From NCBI RefSeq assembly GCF_946221515.1, contig NZ_CAMJVK010000001.1, positions 7,174 through 71,173 on the forward strand: 64,000 bases of DNA, given 5' to 3'. Shown here one piece after another: positions 41,780 through 53,070 of this stretch. Position 1 is the stretch's first letter. Each line of letters starts with the position of its first letter. Both the position numbers and the translations under genes were made by a program. Origin of the DNA: an uncultured Fenollaria sp. (GTDB taxonomy: Bacteria; Bacillota; Clostridia; Tissierellales; Peptoniphilaceae). The notes beneath the pieces are model-generated. The model was not told the DNA's origin and did no database searches. It was given only the letters and a program-made list of their open reading frames with translations.

Positions 41780-44617
41780 TTAAAGCTTTCCTTCCTTTTC
41801 AAATATTTCTCTCAAAAACTTTCCTGTATATGATTTTTTATTCTTAGCTACTTCTATAGGCGTACCTGTGGCAACTATGGTTCCGCCCATGTCTCCGCCT
41901 TCTGGACCAAGGTCTATAATGTAGTCTGATTGTTTAATAACATCAAGATTGTGTTCTATGACTAAGACTGAATTGTTTTGATCAACAAGTGTGTTTAGTA
42001 CCTTTATAAGCTTAGCAACGTCATGTGAGTGAAGTCCAGTAGTTGGCTCATCAAGTATATATATAGTTCTTCCAGTTGACTTTTTAGAAAGTTCTGTGGC
42101 AAGCTTAACTCTTTGTGCCTCCCCACCAGATAGCTCTGTTGAGCTTTGACCGATCTTTATATATCCAAGACCTACATCATAAAGCGTTTGTAATTTTCTT
42201 GCTATACGCGGTTGATTTTCAAAAAACTTTAGTCCTTCTTCAACTGTCATATCAAGCACATCTGCAATAGTTTTATCTTTAAATTTAACTTCAAGCGTCT
42301 CTCTATTATATCTCTTACCCTTACATACCTCGCATGGTACGTATACATCTGGCAAGAAGTGCATTTCTACCTTTAATATACCATCACCCTTACATGCTTC
42401 GCAGCGACCGCCCTTAACATTGAAAGAGAATCTTCCTTTTTGATAGCCTCTCATCTTAGCCTCTTGTGTCATGGCAAAGACATCTCTGATTAGATCAAAT
42501 GTGCCAGTGTATGTCGCTGGATTTGATCTAGGCGTTCTACCTATTGGGCTTTGATCAATTACTACTACCTTGTCAATATTTTCAATGCCTTCAACAGCTT
42601 TTCTTTTGCCAGGTTTATATTTTGATTTATTAATCTTTTGTGCTAGTGATTTATAAATAATTTCATTTACAAGTGTTGACTTGCCTGAGCCAGAAACGCC
42701 TGTTACTGTTACAAATTCACTTAGAGGCACTTCTACGTCTATGTTTTTAAGATTGTTTTCGCTAGCTCCTATTACCTTCAATACATTATCTTTATCAGTT
42801 TTTCTATACTCATCCTTAAGAGGAATTTTCTTTCTTCCAGATAAATAGTCGCCTGTGATGGACTTTTTGCATTTCATAACCTTATTAATATTGCCTTGAA
42901 CAACAAGGTGGCCACCATGTATACCCGCTCCAGGACCAATATCTATGATTTCGTCACAATGGTGCATAATCTCTTCGTCATGTTCTACTACAAGTAAAGT
43001 GTTGCCTGCGTCTGTTAGCTCTCTAAGCGCTTGTATTAGCTTTAAATTGTCTCTTTGATGTAAGCCTATGGATGGCTCGTCTAAAACGTATATAACGCCC
43101 ACTAGAGCAGAGCCTATCTGTGTAGCAAGCCTAATTCTTTGCGCTTCACCACCTGAAAGTGTCTTCGCCATTCTAGATAGATTTAAGTAATCAAGTCCTA
43201 CAGTTATTAAGAATGATAATCTCTTCTTTATCTCAATCAAGATTTGTTCAGCAATCTTTTCTTCTGTTTTATTTAGCTTTAAATTATTTATATAATCAAG
43301 TTCGTCTTTTATACTTAACTGAGTAAATTCATAAATATTTAAATCGCCTACCCTAACAGCAAGCGCTTCCTTTTTTAGTCTTGCACCGTGACACTCAGGG
43401 CATTCAATCTCTTCAACGTACTCCTCAGTGTTGTCTCTAACCGCTTGGGACATAGAGCTTGTAAGCCTATCCATCATTACCGATAGTATACCTGGCCACT
43501 TTTTATTAAATTCTTTTGATCTTTTTGTGAATAATGAGTTGTATTTAAATTTTACATTATAGTCAGTGCCATTAAGTAAATCATCTATCATTTTCTTAGG
43601 TGCCTCTGTGAATGGCTGGTCTTCTTTAAAGTCATATTTATCTAATATAAATTTAAATATCTTATAATAATAAGTGCCCTTCTTAGAATTTTTAAATGGC
43701 TCTATAACTCCTTCTTCAAGTGAAAGTGAATAGTCGGGTATAACTAAATCCTTGTCAATGCTTCTAAAGTAGCCTAGTCCGTTACATCTCTCACACATGC
43801 CAAAAGGACTGTTAAATGAAAACAATCTTGTAGATAGCTCATCAAATGATATACCGCAATCAATACAAGCATACTTCGTAGAATAAGATTTTTCATATAA
43901 GTCTAAATAATTTATCTTAACAAGTCCATTCGAATAATGAATTGCAGTCTCAAGTGAGCCAGTAAGTCTTGATAATATGCCATCTTTAATCACAAGCCTA
44001 TCGATAACGATATCTATATCGTGTTTCTTGTTCTTGTCTATATCTACTTTATCTGTAATATCATGCATTTCGCCATCTAATATATATCTAACAAAGCCAT
44101 CTTTTTGGATTTGCTCAAGAACTTTTTTGTGCTGACCCTTTTGTCCCCTGACAATAGGTGCTAAGACATAAATCTTTTGTCCTTCATCGTGGCTCATGAT
44201 TATATCAGCTATCTGATCAATGGTTTGTGATGTAATCTTCTTACCGCAGCTTGGGCAATAGATTTGGCCAATTCTTGCATATAAAAGTCTTAGATAATCA
44301 TAAACTTCTGTAACTGTTCCTACTGTCGATCTTGGGTTATTGCTTGTAGTCTTTTGGTCTATAGATATAGATGGACTCAGGCCGCTAATAAACTCAACAT
44401 TTGGCTTAGTAGTGTTGCCTAAGAACATTCTAGCATAGCTCGAAAGACTCTCCACATATCTTCTTTGACCTTCAGCATATATTGTGTCAAAAGCAAGTGA
44501 AGACTTCCCTGAACCCGAAAGTCCAGTTATAACCACAAATTTATTTCTAGGTATATCTATATCTAAGTTTTTTAAATTATTTTCATTGGCACCTCTAATA
44601 ACTATTTTATTCTCCAA
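41780..44617 (-). CDS. uvrA: Excinuclease ABC subunit A
   Basis: Two ABC ATPase modules (GLSGSGKSS; GVSGSGKST), zinc-finger Cys clusters, and LSGGE signatures. 945 aa. Confidence 0.95.
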   Translation of the reverse strand: MENKIVIRGANENNLKNLDIDIPRNKFVVITGLSGSGKSSLAFDTIYAEGQRRYVESLSSYARMFLGNTTKPNVEFISGLSPSISIDQKTTSNNPRSTVGTVTEVYDYLRLLYARIGQIYCPSCGKKITSQTIDQIADIIMSHDEGQKIYVLAPIVRGQKGQHKKVLEQIQKDGFVRYILDGEMHDITDKVDIDKNKKHDIDIVIDRLVIKDGILSRLTGSLETAIHYSNGLVKINYLDLYEKSYSTKYACIDCGISFDELSTRLFSFNSPFGMCERCNGLGYFRSIDKDLVIPDYSLSLEEGVIEPFKNSKKGTYYYKIFKFILDKYDFKEDQPFTEAPKKMIDDLLNGTDYNVKFKYNSLFTKRSKEFNKKWPGILSVMMDRLTSSMSQAVRDNTEEYVEEIECPECHGARLKKEALAVRVGDLNIYEFTQLSIKDELDYINNLKLNKTEEKIAEQILIEIKKRLSFLITVGLDYLNLSRMAKTLSGGEAQRIRLATQIGSALVGVIYVLDEPSIGLHQRDNLKLIQALRELTDAGNTLLVVEHDEEIMHHCDEIIDIGPGAGIHGGHLVVQGNINKVMKCKKSITGDYLSGRKKIPLKDEYRKTDKDNVLKVIGASENNLKNIDVEVPLSEFVTVTGVSGSGKSTLVNEIIYKSLAQKINKSKYKPGKRKAVEGIENIDKVVVIDQSPIGRTPRSNPATYTGTFDLIRDVFAMTQEAKMRGYQKGRFSFNVKGGRCEACKGDGILKVEMHFLPDVYVPCEVCKGKRYNRETLEVKFKDKTIADVLDMTVEEGLKFFENQPRIARKLQTLYDVGLGYIKIGQSSTELSGGEAQRVKLATELSKKSTGRTIYILDEPTTGLHSHDVAKLIKVLNTLVDQNNSVLVIEHNLDVIKQSDYIIDLGPEGGDMGGTIVATGTPIEVAKNKKSYTGKFLREIFEKEGKL

Positions 44618-46574
44618 TGAATAATTCCTCCTTCTTCAATTCTTCTATCATATCTCTATATTTAGCAGCTTCTTCGAAACTTAAATCCTTTGCCGCCTTA
44701 TTCATCTTTGTCGTAAGTTTCTTAATCTTATCTTGAACGCCCTTTGCGCTATAAGTGTACTTTTCTCCCTCGTCCATCGCCTTAGTTACTTCAATAACAT
44801 CTCTAATGGATTTTTTTATAGTCATAGGCGTTATATTATTATCTTCATTGTACTTCATCTGTATCTTTCTTCTTCTAGCTGTTTCATTAATTGCGCTCTC
44901 CATAGATTTAGTTATAGTATCTGCGTACATAATGACTAGTCCGTTAGAGTTTCTGGCTGTTCTACCAGCTGTTTGAACTAAAGATGTTTCACTACGTAAA
45001 AAGCCTTCCTTATCCGCGTCTAGTATTGCTACTAAAGATACTTCCGGTAGGTCAAGACCTTCTCTTAGAAGATTTATTCCGACCAAACAGTCAAACTTTT
45101 TCTCTCTTAAATCCTTTATAATCTGCATTCTATCAATTGCAGTGACATCTGAGTGCATATAAGTAACATTGATACCTAATTGATCAAGATACTTAGTTAA
45201 GTCCTCAGCCATCTTCTTAGTAAGTGTTGTGATTAAGACTCTCTCATCTTTTTTAGCTCTGATTCTAATTTCCTTAATCAAGTCATCTATTTGACCCTTA
45301 GTAGGTCTTACTTCAATCACTGGGTCTAGTAGGCCCGTTGGTCTAATAACTTGCTCTACAGTGTTTTTAGAGCGTTCTAGCTCATATTGAGCAGGTGTCG
45401 CGCTCACATATATAACTTGATTCATCATAGCTTCAAACTCAGCAAATTTCAATGGCCTATTGTCAAGAGCGCTTGGTAGTCTAAAGCCATAGTCTACAAG
45501 CGATGTCTTTCTAGACCTATCGCCCTCATACATTGCTCTGATTTGAGGTACACTTACATGTGACTCATCTATAAAGGTTATAAAGTCCTTTGGGAAGTAG
45601 TCAATCAAGGTATATGGCCTTGATCCTGGTTGTCTTTGTGATAAGTGTCTAGAATAGTTTTCTATACCCGAACAAAAACCTATCTCATTAAGCATTTCCA
45701 AATCATAGTTAGTTCTCTCTTTAAGTCTTTGTTCTTCAACAAGTTTACCATGCTCATGAAGCCACTTAAGCCTATCATCGAGCTCAAGCTTAATGCTTTC
45801 AATAGCTTTTTTAACTTTGTCATCAGTTGTCGCATAGTGAGACGCCGGGAAGATGGATACATGCACTCTAGTGCCTATAATCTCGCCAGTTAATGAATCA
45901 ATTTCAAGTATCTTATCAATCTCGTCGCCAAAGAACTCAATTCTAAAGGCATTTGTCTTTTCAGATGCTGGGAATATATCGAGTATATCTCCTCTAACTC
46001 TAAATGTTCCTCTGATAAAGTTTATATCATTTCTGACATATTGTATGCTAATTAATTTTTTAATTACATCATCTCTTGAGATTTGCATCTCAGGTCTAAG
46101 TGATACCATCAGCTTTTCATAATCAATTGGGTCACCTAAGCCATATATACATGAAACAGACGCAACAATGATTACATCTTTTCTTTCAAATAAAGCTGCC
46201 GTTGCAGAGTGCCTTAGCTCATCTATGTCGTCATTGATCTGACTGTCCTTAGCAATGTAAGTATCAGTTGCAGCTACATAAGCCTCTGGTTGATAGTAGT
46301 CGTAGTAGCTTATAAAGAACTCAACAGAGTTTTCTGGAAAGAATTCCTTAAACTCGCTATATAACTGATACGCAAGAGTCTTGTTGTGTGCGATGACTAA
46401 AGCTGGTCTTTGCGTCTGTTTAATTATATTTGCCATAGTGAAAGTTTTACCAGAGCCTGTTACGCCTAGCAAAACTTGATCCCTATAGCCTTTATTAATC
46501 CCTTCAGATAGTGATTCTATTGCCTTTGGTTGATCTCCAGTAGGAGTATAATCAGACTTTAATTTGAATTTCAC
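44607..46574 (-). CDS. uvrB: Excinuclease ABC subunit B
   Basis: Helicase motifs ([12 protein letters not shown]), a beta-hairpin region, and a C-terminal UVR domain (FEEAAKYRD). 655 aa. Confidence 0.95.
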   Translation of the reverse strand: MKFKLKSDYTPTGDQPKAIESLSEGINKGYRDQVLLGVTGSGKTFTMANIIKQTQRPALVIAHNKTLAYQLYSEFKEFFPENSVEFFISYYDYYQPEAYVAATDTYIAKDSQINDDIDELRHSATAALFERKDVIIVASVSCIYGLGDPIDYEKLMVSLRPEMQISRDDVIKKLISIQYVRNDINFIRGTFRVRGDILDIFPASEKTNAFRIEFFGDEIDKILEIDSLTGEIIGTRVHVSIFPASHYATTDDKVKKAIESIKLELDDRLKWLHEHGKLVEEQRLKERTNYDLEMLNEIGFCSGIENYSRHLSQRQPGSRPYTLIDYFPKDFITFIDESHVSVPQIRAMYEGDRSRKTSLVDYGFRLPSALDNRPLKFAEFEAMMNQVIYVSATPAQYELERSKNTVEQVIRPTGLLDPVIEVRPTKGQIDDLIKEIRIRAKKDERVLITTLTKKMAEDLTKYLDQLGINVTYMHSDVTAIDRMQIIKDLREKKFDCLVGINLLREGLDLPEVSLVAILDADKEGFLRSETSLVQTAGRTARNSNGLVIMYADTITKSMESAINETARRRKIQMKYNEDNNITPMTIKKSIRDVIEVTKAMDEGEKYTYSAKGVQDKIKKLTTKMNKAAKDLSFEEAAKYRDMIEELKKEELFIGE

Positions 46575-48175
46575 TATGCATCACCTTTACTAATATCTAT
46601 CTCATAAATAATGTTCTTCGTATAATTCTTATCAATAACCTTTGTACTTTTATATAGCCTCTTTAAATCATTAGTCAAATATAAACTTAAGTTATCTACA
46701 TTTTCAAAAAGAACTTCCTCTTTAAGATTATTATCCATTTTGCATAATAATAAATCATATGACTCAAGATTTATGTCTTTTTTTGCTAAAACATATGCTT
46801 CATCAATCTTTTTGATGTAAGAGTAGTCGCCCTTAATTATCATTTTATAAAATCTTTCACTTAAGTTATAAGTATATAGACTTGTACCTTCAATCTTATT
46901 ATCGCTTCTATATACAAAGGAATTATCATCAGCATAATAATAGTTTTCTACTTCATCAATGAAGTCATAATCTTCAAAGTCTCTCGTGATATATAGCATT
47001 TGATTAATATCATACTTTGATAAGTATACATAGAAGCCGTTGATGTAAGAGGCTCTGATTATATTATCCTCAGCACTGAATAAGTCTATATAGCTATCGT
47101 CATTTATATCCACTTCGTATAGAGTAGTCATATTAGCCTCGCCTCTACTTATTGCAAGTAGTGAATCGTCGCTCTTAAAGTTTGCGTCAATTATGTTTAA
47201 ATCATCTCTATAATCTATAAACTTTATTTCATCTTTTTCTTCATTGTATATAGCACTGCTTAAAGCCGATGACTTGTCTTTAAAGTTGATAATTATGTCA
47301 TCATTTTCATTCCTCTTGTATATAGACTTAATATCGCCACTAAAAGACGATATCTTCTTAGAGTTTCTGCTAGCTATATCATAGATATAAATATTGTTAA
47401 GTTCATCGTCTTTCTTATTATAGTATATAGCTTTATCTGTATTAAGCTTAAAGACATTACCATTGTCGACAAACTTCGAAATAATTTCTTCATCAAGTGA
47501 AAGAACTTTACCCTCATTTGCATCAAAATTTATTTTTAAATTTTTTATAGGATGCTCATGATCATCCTTTTCATAAACAAATTTATATTTAATCTGCCAA
47601 ATGGGCCTATCTGTATAAATCAATTCAGCTGAATCAGGTAAGTTCGCAATAAGCTTATATTTTTGTTTGACATAGTTTATTGCATTGTCCTTAGTGTACT
47701 TTATATCAATATTTTTGATGCCACTTTTGTCAATAACAAAATCATCCGCTTCTATATCATCAGGAAGTTTATTAAGCAGCTTAATACTTATATATGGAGT
47801 GCAAACATTGTTCGAGTCATTCTTAGAATTAAGTAATATATGAAACTTTCCGTTCTTGTATACTAGAGACGAAAGCTCTATATCATCAGTTAAGCATGGC
47901 TTAATAACCATGCTTAATAATGAACTATCGATTTTATCAATTTCTACTCTATCATTTTGCACTTCAAGATCCTTTAAATAATTAATCTTTCTTAGCACAA
48001 AAGGAATTTCTTTATTTTCACTTAATTCAATCTCTTCTCCTTCATCTATAGGAGCGTCAAGCTCGTCAAAACCATAGCGCTTATCACTATCCTTGATGAA
48101 TAGTGGTCCGTTAGTGCAAGCGCTTAGTGCAAGTATCGAGATAAATATAAGTAATAAAGATATATTTTTTCTCAT
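46574..48175 (-). CDS. Hypothetical lipoprotein (533 aa), translationally coupled to uvrB
   Basis: Signal peptide with a lipobox (LALSAC). The mature part is Asp/Asn/Tyr-rich with repeated beta-strand-like segments. No recognisable catalytic motif. Its stop overlaps the uvrB start by 1 nt. Confidence 0.7.
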   Translation of the reverse strand: MRKNISLLLIFISILALSACTNGPLFIKDSDKRYGFDELDAPIDEGEEIELSENKEIPFVLRKINYLKDLEVQNDRVEIDKIDSSLLSMVIKPCLTDDIELSSLVYKNGKFHILLNSKNDSNNVCTPYISIKLLNKLPDDIEADDFVIDKSGIKNIDIKYTKDNAINYVKQKYKLIANLPDSAELIYTDRPIWQIKYKFVYEKDDHEHPIKNLKINFDANEGKVLSLDEEIISKFVDNGNVFKLNTDKAIYYNKKDDELNNIYIYDIASRNSKKISSFSGDIKSIYKRNENDDIIINFKDKSSALSSAIYNEEKDEIKFIDYRDDLNIIDANFKSDDSLLAISRGEANMTTLYEVDINDDSYIDLFSAEDNIIRASYINGFYVYLSKYDINQMLYITRDFEDYDFIDEVENYYYADDNSFVYRSDNKIEGTSLYTYNLSERFYKMIIKGDYSYIKKIDEAYVLAKKDINLESYDLLLCKMDNNLKEEVLFENVDNLSLYLTNDLKRLYKSTKVIDKNYTKNIIYEIDISKGDA

Positions 48176-48184
48176 CTAAACAAA

Positions 48185-48445
48185 TTATATTTCTTCGTCT
48201 TCATTAGATTCATCATCTGAACCTAAGTCTATATCGTTTAATAAATCTCTTAACTTTCTTGCTTCAGCATGTGTTAGGGATATGCCCTTACCCATCCTGC
48301 TGTGGTCTTCTCTCCAGTTTCTAATGTCAACTTTACCATCGGCACCGTTCCATGAAATAACGTTTACCTCTTTAACCATGCCTCTGCCATTGTTAGAAAA
48401 TTCTCCTAATTGTTCTAATATTTCGTATTCAAAATCTTTTGCCAT
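48185..48445 (-). CDS. YdbC-like PC4-family ssDNA-binding protein with acidic tail
   Basis: 86 aa. VNVISWNGADGKVDIRNWREDHSRMGKGISLTHAEARKL aligns with the B. subtilis YdbC core (ISWNG...DLR.W..DH..MGKGI.L), as I recall it. Confidence 0.7.
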   Translation of the reverse strand: MAKDFEYEILEQLGEFSNNGRGMVKEVNVISWNGADGKVDIRNWREDHSRMGKGISLTHAEARKLRDLLNDIDLGSDDESNEDEEI

Positions 48446-48455
48446 TTTAATTCTC

Positions 48456-49688
48456 CTATTTATTTAATATTTCTATAGCTTTTTGTATTTGATTATCTTT
48501 GTCAAGATTATCTATAGATATAGTTTTTACTTCTTCATTTAATTCTACTTTTACATCTGGCGCTATGCCCTTGCCGTGTATATTAACTCCGCTAGGTGTG
48601 TAATAAGCGCTTGTTGTAAGTTTTAGGCCTTCACCATCTGGCATATTGTATACAGTTTGTACTATGCCCTTACCAAAGGTTTGTGTACCAACTATAGTTG
48701 CTCTCTTTCTATCTTTAAGCGCGCCAGCAACTATTTCTGAAGCTGATGCAGAGCCCTTATTAACAAGAACAACTATCTTGATATCGTCTGCGCCTTTAGT
48801 AGCGTTTATTGTTTCTTTATTGTTTTGCTTATCAAGCGTATACATGATTAGTCCGCCATCAAGAAAAGTGTTAACTACTTGTGTTGATGTTGTCAACAGT
48901 CCGCCTGGATTGTTTCTTAAATCTAGTATTAGCTTAGTCATGCCTTGCTTCTTAAGCTCTTTATATTGCTTGTTGAAGTCATTATATGTTGGTGTATCAA
49001 AACCTGATATGCTTATATAACCAATATTATCTTTTAAAAGCTTTGATGAAACAGTTTGCACTTTGATTATTTCTCTAACTATATCAAAGTCTAAGAATTG
49101 TGCCTTACCGTTTTTATCTCTTCTTAATATAGTGATTTTAACCTTTTCACCAGGTTTACCTCTCATAATCTTTACAGCGTCATCCATCTTATCAGCAGTA
49201 AAGTCTTCTCCGTTAATCTTTATGATCTTATCATCTGTTTTTAAACCCGCTCTATCGGCTGGTGTACCCTTCATTGGTGAAACTATAGTAATTAAGTTGT
49301 CATCAATTGACCCACTTACGTATATACCAAGGCCAGCGAACTCGCCGTCGGTCTCTTCATTAAACTTTTTATATTCATCTTCAGTCATGTAGTATGAGTA
49401 TGGATCGTTTAAGCTACTTACAGCGCCTTTAAGCATGCCCATAAGAACGTCGTAATCATCGGCCTTCTTATAGTAATTTTTGTCAATCATACTCTTTACT
49501 TCATTTATTCTTTCTAAAACATATTCGTCATCAAGTTTTTTATCCGTCTTTTCGTTATCTTCTTTTTTGGCAATGATAGTCGAATCAACACCTTTACTCT
49601 TTGAATTGCCAATATTATACGAAATAAGATTGCTTGTAAAGAATAAAGCTAGGACCAATATTGTTATTAATACCTTCTTTAATTTCAT
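48456..49688 (-). CDS. ctpA: C-terminal processing peptidase (S41 family, PDZ domain)
   Basis: Signal anchor, PDZ domain, and S41 catalytic region with GSASASEIVAGAL. 410 aa. Confidence 0.9.
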   Translation of the reverse strand: MKLKKVLITILVLALFFTSNLISYNIGNSKSKGVDSTIIAKKEDNEKTDKKLDDEYVLERINEVKSMIDKNYYKKADDYDVLMGMLKGAVSSLNDPYSYYMTEDEYKKFNEETDGEFAGLGIYVSGSIDDNLITIVSPMKGTPADRAGLKTDDKIIKINGEDFTADKMDDAVKIMRGKPGEKVKITILRRDKNGKAQFLDFDIVREIIKVQTVSSKLLKDNIGYISISGFDTPTYNDFNKQYKELKKQGMTKLILDLRNNPGGLLTTSTQVVNTFLDGGLIMYTLDKQNNKETINATKGADDIKIVVLVNKGSASASEIVAGALKDRKRATIVGTQTFGKGIVQTVYNMPDGEGLKLTTSAYYTPSGVNIHGKGIAPDVKVELNEEVKTISIDNLDKDNQIQKAIEILNK

Positions 49689-49699
49689 TTTATCCTCCG

Positions 49700-50818
49700 T
49701 TATCTAAGCCAATTTATTGGGTTTGTGAAATTCCCGTTCTTTCTTACTTCAAAATGTAAGTGCGGACCAGTTGAGAAGCCGGTTGATCCAACTTTGGCTA
49801 TTGCTTGACCTTTTTTAACTTTCGCTCCCTTGCTCTTTAATAATCTCGAGCAGTGTCCGTAGCCAGTAACTATCTTTCCTCCGTGGTCAACTAGTACTAG
49901 GTTGCCATAGCCAGCATATTTGCCAGAGAAAATTACTGTGCCATCTGCTGCTGCAACGATATTTGTTCCTGTTGGAGCAGGTATGTCTATGCCGGTGTGT
50001 AATCTTTTTATCTTAAATATAGGATGATTTCTATAGCCATAGCCTGAACTAATTCTAGTATGACCAGGTAGTGGCCATCCAAGCTTACCGCCTACAAACT
50101 TCCGAGAATTAGATTGAAGCTTAAGTATTTGTGCTCCTAAGTTCTTAGAGTCTTGCTCGAGTTTTGCCAGACTCTTCTTTGCCTTTTCTATATCATTTTT
50201 TAATATTGAAAATTGTTTTTCTTGTTCTGATTTTAACTTGGATACTTCATCTTTTTGACTAGCTAGTTTGTTTTTATTCTCGACTTGAGTGTTCTTTAAG
50301 CTTTCTAGTGAAGATTTTATCTTGACAATGTTATCAACTTCGCCTTCAATGCTTGCGATTAGGTCCTGGTCTCTCTTGGCCATCTTTTGAACCATGTTTT
50401 TCTTAGAAAGATAATCGTCCAAAGATTTAGATGAAAGAAGTACTGTAACATAGTTATCATCACTATTCATATACATGCTTCTTAGTCTCTTTCTAAACAA
50501 AGCATCATTTTCTTTTAGTCTTTTTTGAGCATCATCAAGCTCAATAGTCTTTTGAGCTATCTTATTGTCAGTATCTTTAATAGCGTTATTAAGACTATCT
50601 ATACTCGAGTTTAAAGATGAAATACTATTTCCATACTTAACTATATTGTTATAAACGTTTGTAGATTCTTTTTGTTTCGTGTTTATCTCAGTTTTAGTGT
50701 CCTTTATCTTCTTGTCAACATTTTTCTTCTTGTTTTTTAGCTTACCAGCTGCAAAGACAGTTTGAAAAGTTAAAGCTAATATTAATAAAACAATTATGAA
50801 TCTCTTCTTCTTAAACAA
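49700..50818 (-). CDS. M23-family peptidoglycan endopeptidase with N-terminal coiled coil (EnvC/PcsB-like FtsEX partner)
   Basis: Signal peptide, about 220 aa of coiled coil, and an M23 LytM domain (HTGIDI...HGGKIVTGYGHCS...GPHLHFEV). 372 aa. Confidence 0.88.
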   Translation of the reverse strand: MFKKKRFIIVLLILALTFQTVFAAGKLKNKKKNVDKKIKDTKTEINTKQKESTNVYNNIVKYGNSISSLNSSIDSLNNAIKDTDNKIAQKTIELDDAQKRLKENDALFRKRLRSMYMNSDDNYVTVLLSSKSLDDYLSKKNMVQKMAKRDQDLIASIEGEVDNIVKIKSSLESLKNTQVENKNKLASQKDEVSKLKSEQEKQFSILKNDIEKAKKSLAKLEQDSKNLGAQILKLQSNSRKFVGGKLGWPLPGHTRISSGYGYRNHPIFKIKRLHTGIDIPAPTGTNIVAAADGTVIFSGKYAGYGNLVLVDHGGKIVTGYGHCSRLLKSKGAKVKKGQAIAKVGSTGFSTGPHLHFEVRKNGNFTNPINWLR

Positions 50819-50826
50819 ATAATCAC

Positions 50827-51753
50827 CTATACCTTTAATAACTTCTTAAGTGAACTGATGCTACCAAGCATCCCAATTCCAACGCCTAATGTCACAAATA
50901 TAATACTAAAGTCTGTAATAATATTCTCTGGGCTAACTAAGGCATCACTAAGCATTCCATTTTTTGATCCAGCTAGATAATCATATACATATGAGTAGCC
51001 AAATTTTACACATAGTATAGCGATAAGCGCTGCAATTAGGCCTATCATTATACCCTCAAATACATATGGACCAGTGATGTAGCCGTTAGTTGCACCAACA
51101 TACTTCATAATCTCTATTTCTTTCTTTCTTGAGCTTATGGATAATCTTATAGTATTTGATATCAAGAATATTGAGATGAATATTAAGGCTATGATTAAGC
51201 CAAAACCGCCTATCTGCATGTACTTAGATATCTTAAGTAAATGTATTACTTCATCAGATAAATACCTTACATCTTCAACGCCTGGCATCATCTTGATCTC
51301 TCCAGCAACATCATTTATCTTTTCTATATCATTAACATGAATCTTGAACGCATTTGGTAGTGGATTATCTTCCTTGTATTCTTCAAGTAAGTAGCTCTTA
51401 TTTTCCCATTGCTCAAACATGCTTTCTAGGCCTTCATCTTTGGAGATAAATTTAACTTCTTTAACTCCATCTATATCCTTGAGCTTCTCTTCCATGTCCT
51501 TAATACCTTCATCATCAACACCATCTAATAAGAAGACCTTTACTTCATTTATCTTTTCTTTAGTATCTCCAACAACTTTATTAACGCTTAAAACTATAAT
51601 CAATACGGTTGAAAGTATTAACAAAACCGAAAGTATCGATACTATTGCTGCTAAGGCCATGTTGAAGTGCCTTGCTATCCCTTTAAATCCGTCTTTAATT
51701 ATATTTATTATCTCTCTAAATTTCACAGTAGTACCCACCTTCATAAACATCAC
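50827..51753 (-). CDS. ftsX: Cell division permease FtsX
   Basis: Four transmembrane helices with a large first extracellular loop. 308 aa. Downstream of ftsE. Confidence 0.9.
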   Translation of the reverse strand: MMFMKVGTTVKFREIINIIKDGFKGIARHFNMALAAIVSILSVLLILSTVLIIVLSVNKVVGDTKEKINEVKVFLLDGVDDEGIKDMEEKLKDIDGVKEVKFISKDEGLESMFEQWENKSYLLEEYKEDNPLPNAFKIHVNDIEKINDVAGEIKMMPGVEDVRYLSDEVIHLLKISKYMQIGGFGLIIALIFISIFLISNTIRLSISSRKKEIEIMKYVGATNGYITGPYVFEGIMIGLIAALIAILCVKFGYSYVYDYLAGSKNGMLSDALVSPENIITDFSIIFVTLGVGIGMLGSISSLKKLLKV

Positions 51754-52420
51754 TTATAACATTACCGTGGTTTAAAGTGATTACTCTCTTTTTCATCTCG
51801 TCAACGATGTTCTTCGCATGCGTTGCCATGACTATAGTTGTGCCTCTGTTGTTGATATCTTGCAATAGGTTCATTATTTCCCATGCAGTATCTGAGTCGA
51901 GGTTACCTGTTGGCTCGTCCGCAATGATAACATCTGGCTTATTTACTAAAGCTCTGGCAATAGCAGTCCTTTGGCACTCGCCTCCTGAAAGTTGATGGGG
52001 ATAAGACTTTGCCTTATCACTTAGACCAACCATGCTTAGTATAATTGGCACACTTCTTCTAATCTCTCTAGGCTTCTTGCCGATAATCTCCATAGCAAAA
52101 GCAACATTTTCATAAACAGTCTTATTAGGTAAAAGCCTAAAGTCTTGAAAAACAACTCCTATATACCTTCTAATATATGGAATCTTTCTGTTGCTAACAT
52201 CAGTTATGTCTTCATTGTTCAAATATATCTTGCCGCTAGTGGGCCTAATTTCTTTCAATATTAATTTTGTCAAAGTTGACTTGCCTGCCCCAGATGGTCC
52301 TATCAAAAATACAAACTCACCCAGTTTGATGTGTATGTTTATATCATTAAGAGCAAGAACTTCGCCATATTTTTTACTTACGTTTTCTAATCTAATCAAA
52401 AATATAACACCTCTTGTCAT
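51716..52420 (-). CDS. ftsE: Cell division ATP-binding protein FtsE
   Basis: ABC ATPase (GPSGAGKST, LSGGECQR). The canonical MIRLENVSKKY N-terminus suggests the true start is the TTG at 52399, 8 nt after an AGAGGTG RBS, rather than the ATG at 52420. Confidence 0.9.
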   Translation of the reverse strand: MTRGVIFLIRLENVSKKYGEVLALNDINIHIKLGEFVFLIGPSGAGKSTLTKLILKEIRPTSGKIYLNNEDITDVSNRKIPYIRRYIGVVFQDFRLLPNKTVYENVAFAMEIIGKKPREIRRSVPIILSMVGLSDKAKSYPHQLSGGECQRTAIARALVNKPDVIIADEPTGNLDSDTAWEIMNLLQDINNRGTTIVMATHAKNIVDEMKKRVITLNHGNVISDVYEGGYYCEI

Positions 52421-52494
52421 TTATAATCGTTTTGTGGTAGAATATACATATATATTATAATACAAAACGCTTAAAAAATAAAGGGGGAATTTCT

Positions 52495-53070
52495 TTGAAC
52501 AAGAAAACACTAAGATCTCAGCTCTTAGAAACAAGAAAAAATATCTCCGAAGAAGACAGACTTAATAAGTCAAAGATAATAATCGATAAGCTGATGGCGA
52601 CTCACGAGTATAAGAACGCTACTAATATCATGGCCTTTGCTAGCTTTGGTACCGAGGTTAATACTCACGATTTTATCAAGACTTCACTTGCTAATGGCAA
52701 AAGAATCATCTTACCTATATCAATCAAAGAAGACAGAAGTCTTTTTTTGCAAGAAATTACAAATTTTGATGAACTAAAACCATCTACTTATGGTATACTA
52801 GAACCAGAGAAGAAAGAAAATTTTGATAGAAATAAACTTGACCTAGTCATAGTTCCCGGTGTTGCCTTTGACCACAGAGGCTTCAGGTTGGGCTACGGCG
52901 GCGGTTACTACGACAGATTCTTAGCCTCACTTGATAAGAGAACTAAGATTGTCGCTATCAATTTTGAGGAGCTATATGTATATAGAGTTATTATTAGCAG
53001 GTATGATATGAAAGTTCCTGTCCTTATAACAGATAGAAAAATAAGAAATTTCCAAAGGAGATCAAGATGA
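52495..53070 (+). CDS. 5-formyltetrahydrofolate cyclo-ligase
   Basis: 191 aa typical of the 5-FTHF cyclo-ligase family; P-loop-like GYGGGYYDR C-terminal motif. Confidence 0.85.
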   Translation: MNKKTLRSQLLETRKNISEEDRLNKSKIIIDKLMATHEYKNATNIMAFASFGTEVNTHDFIKTSLANGKRIILPISIKEDRSLFLQEITNFDELKPSTYGILEPEKKENFDRNKLDLVIVPGVAFDHRGFRLGYGGGYYDRFLASLDKRTKIVAINFEELYVYRVIISRYDMKVPVLITDRKIRNFQRRSR

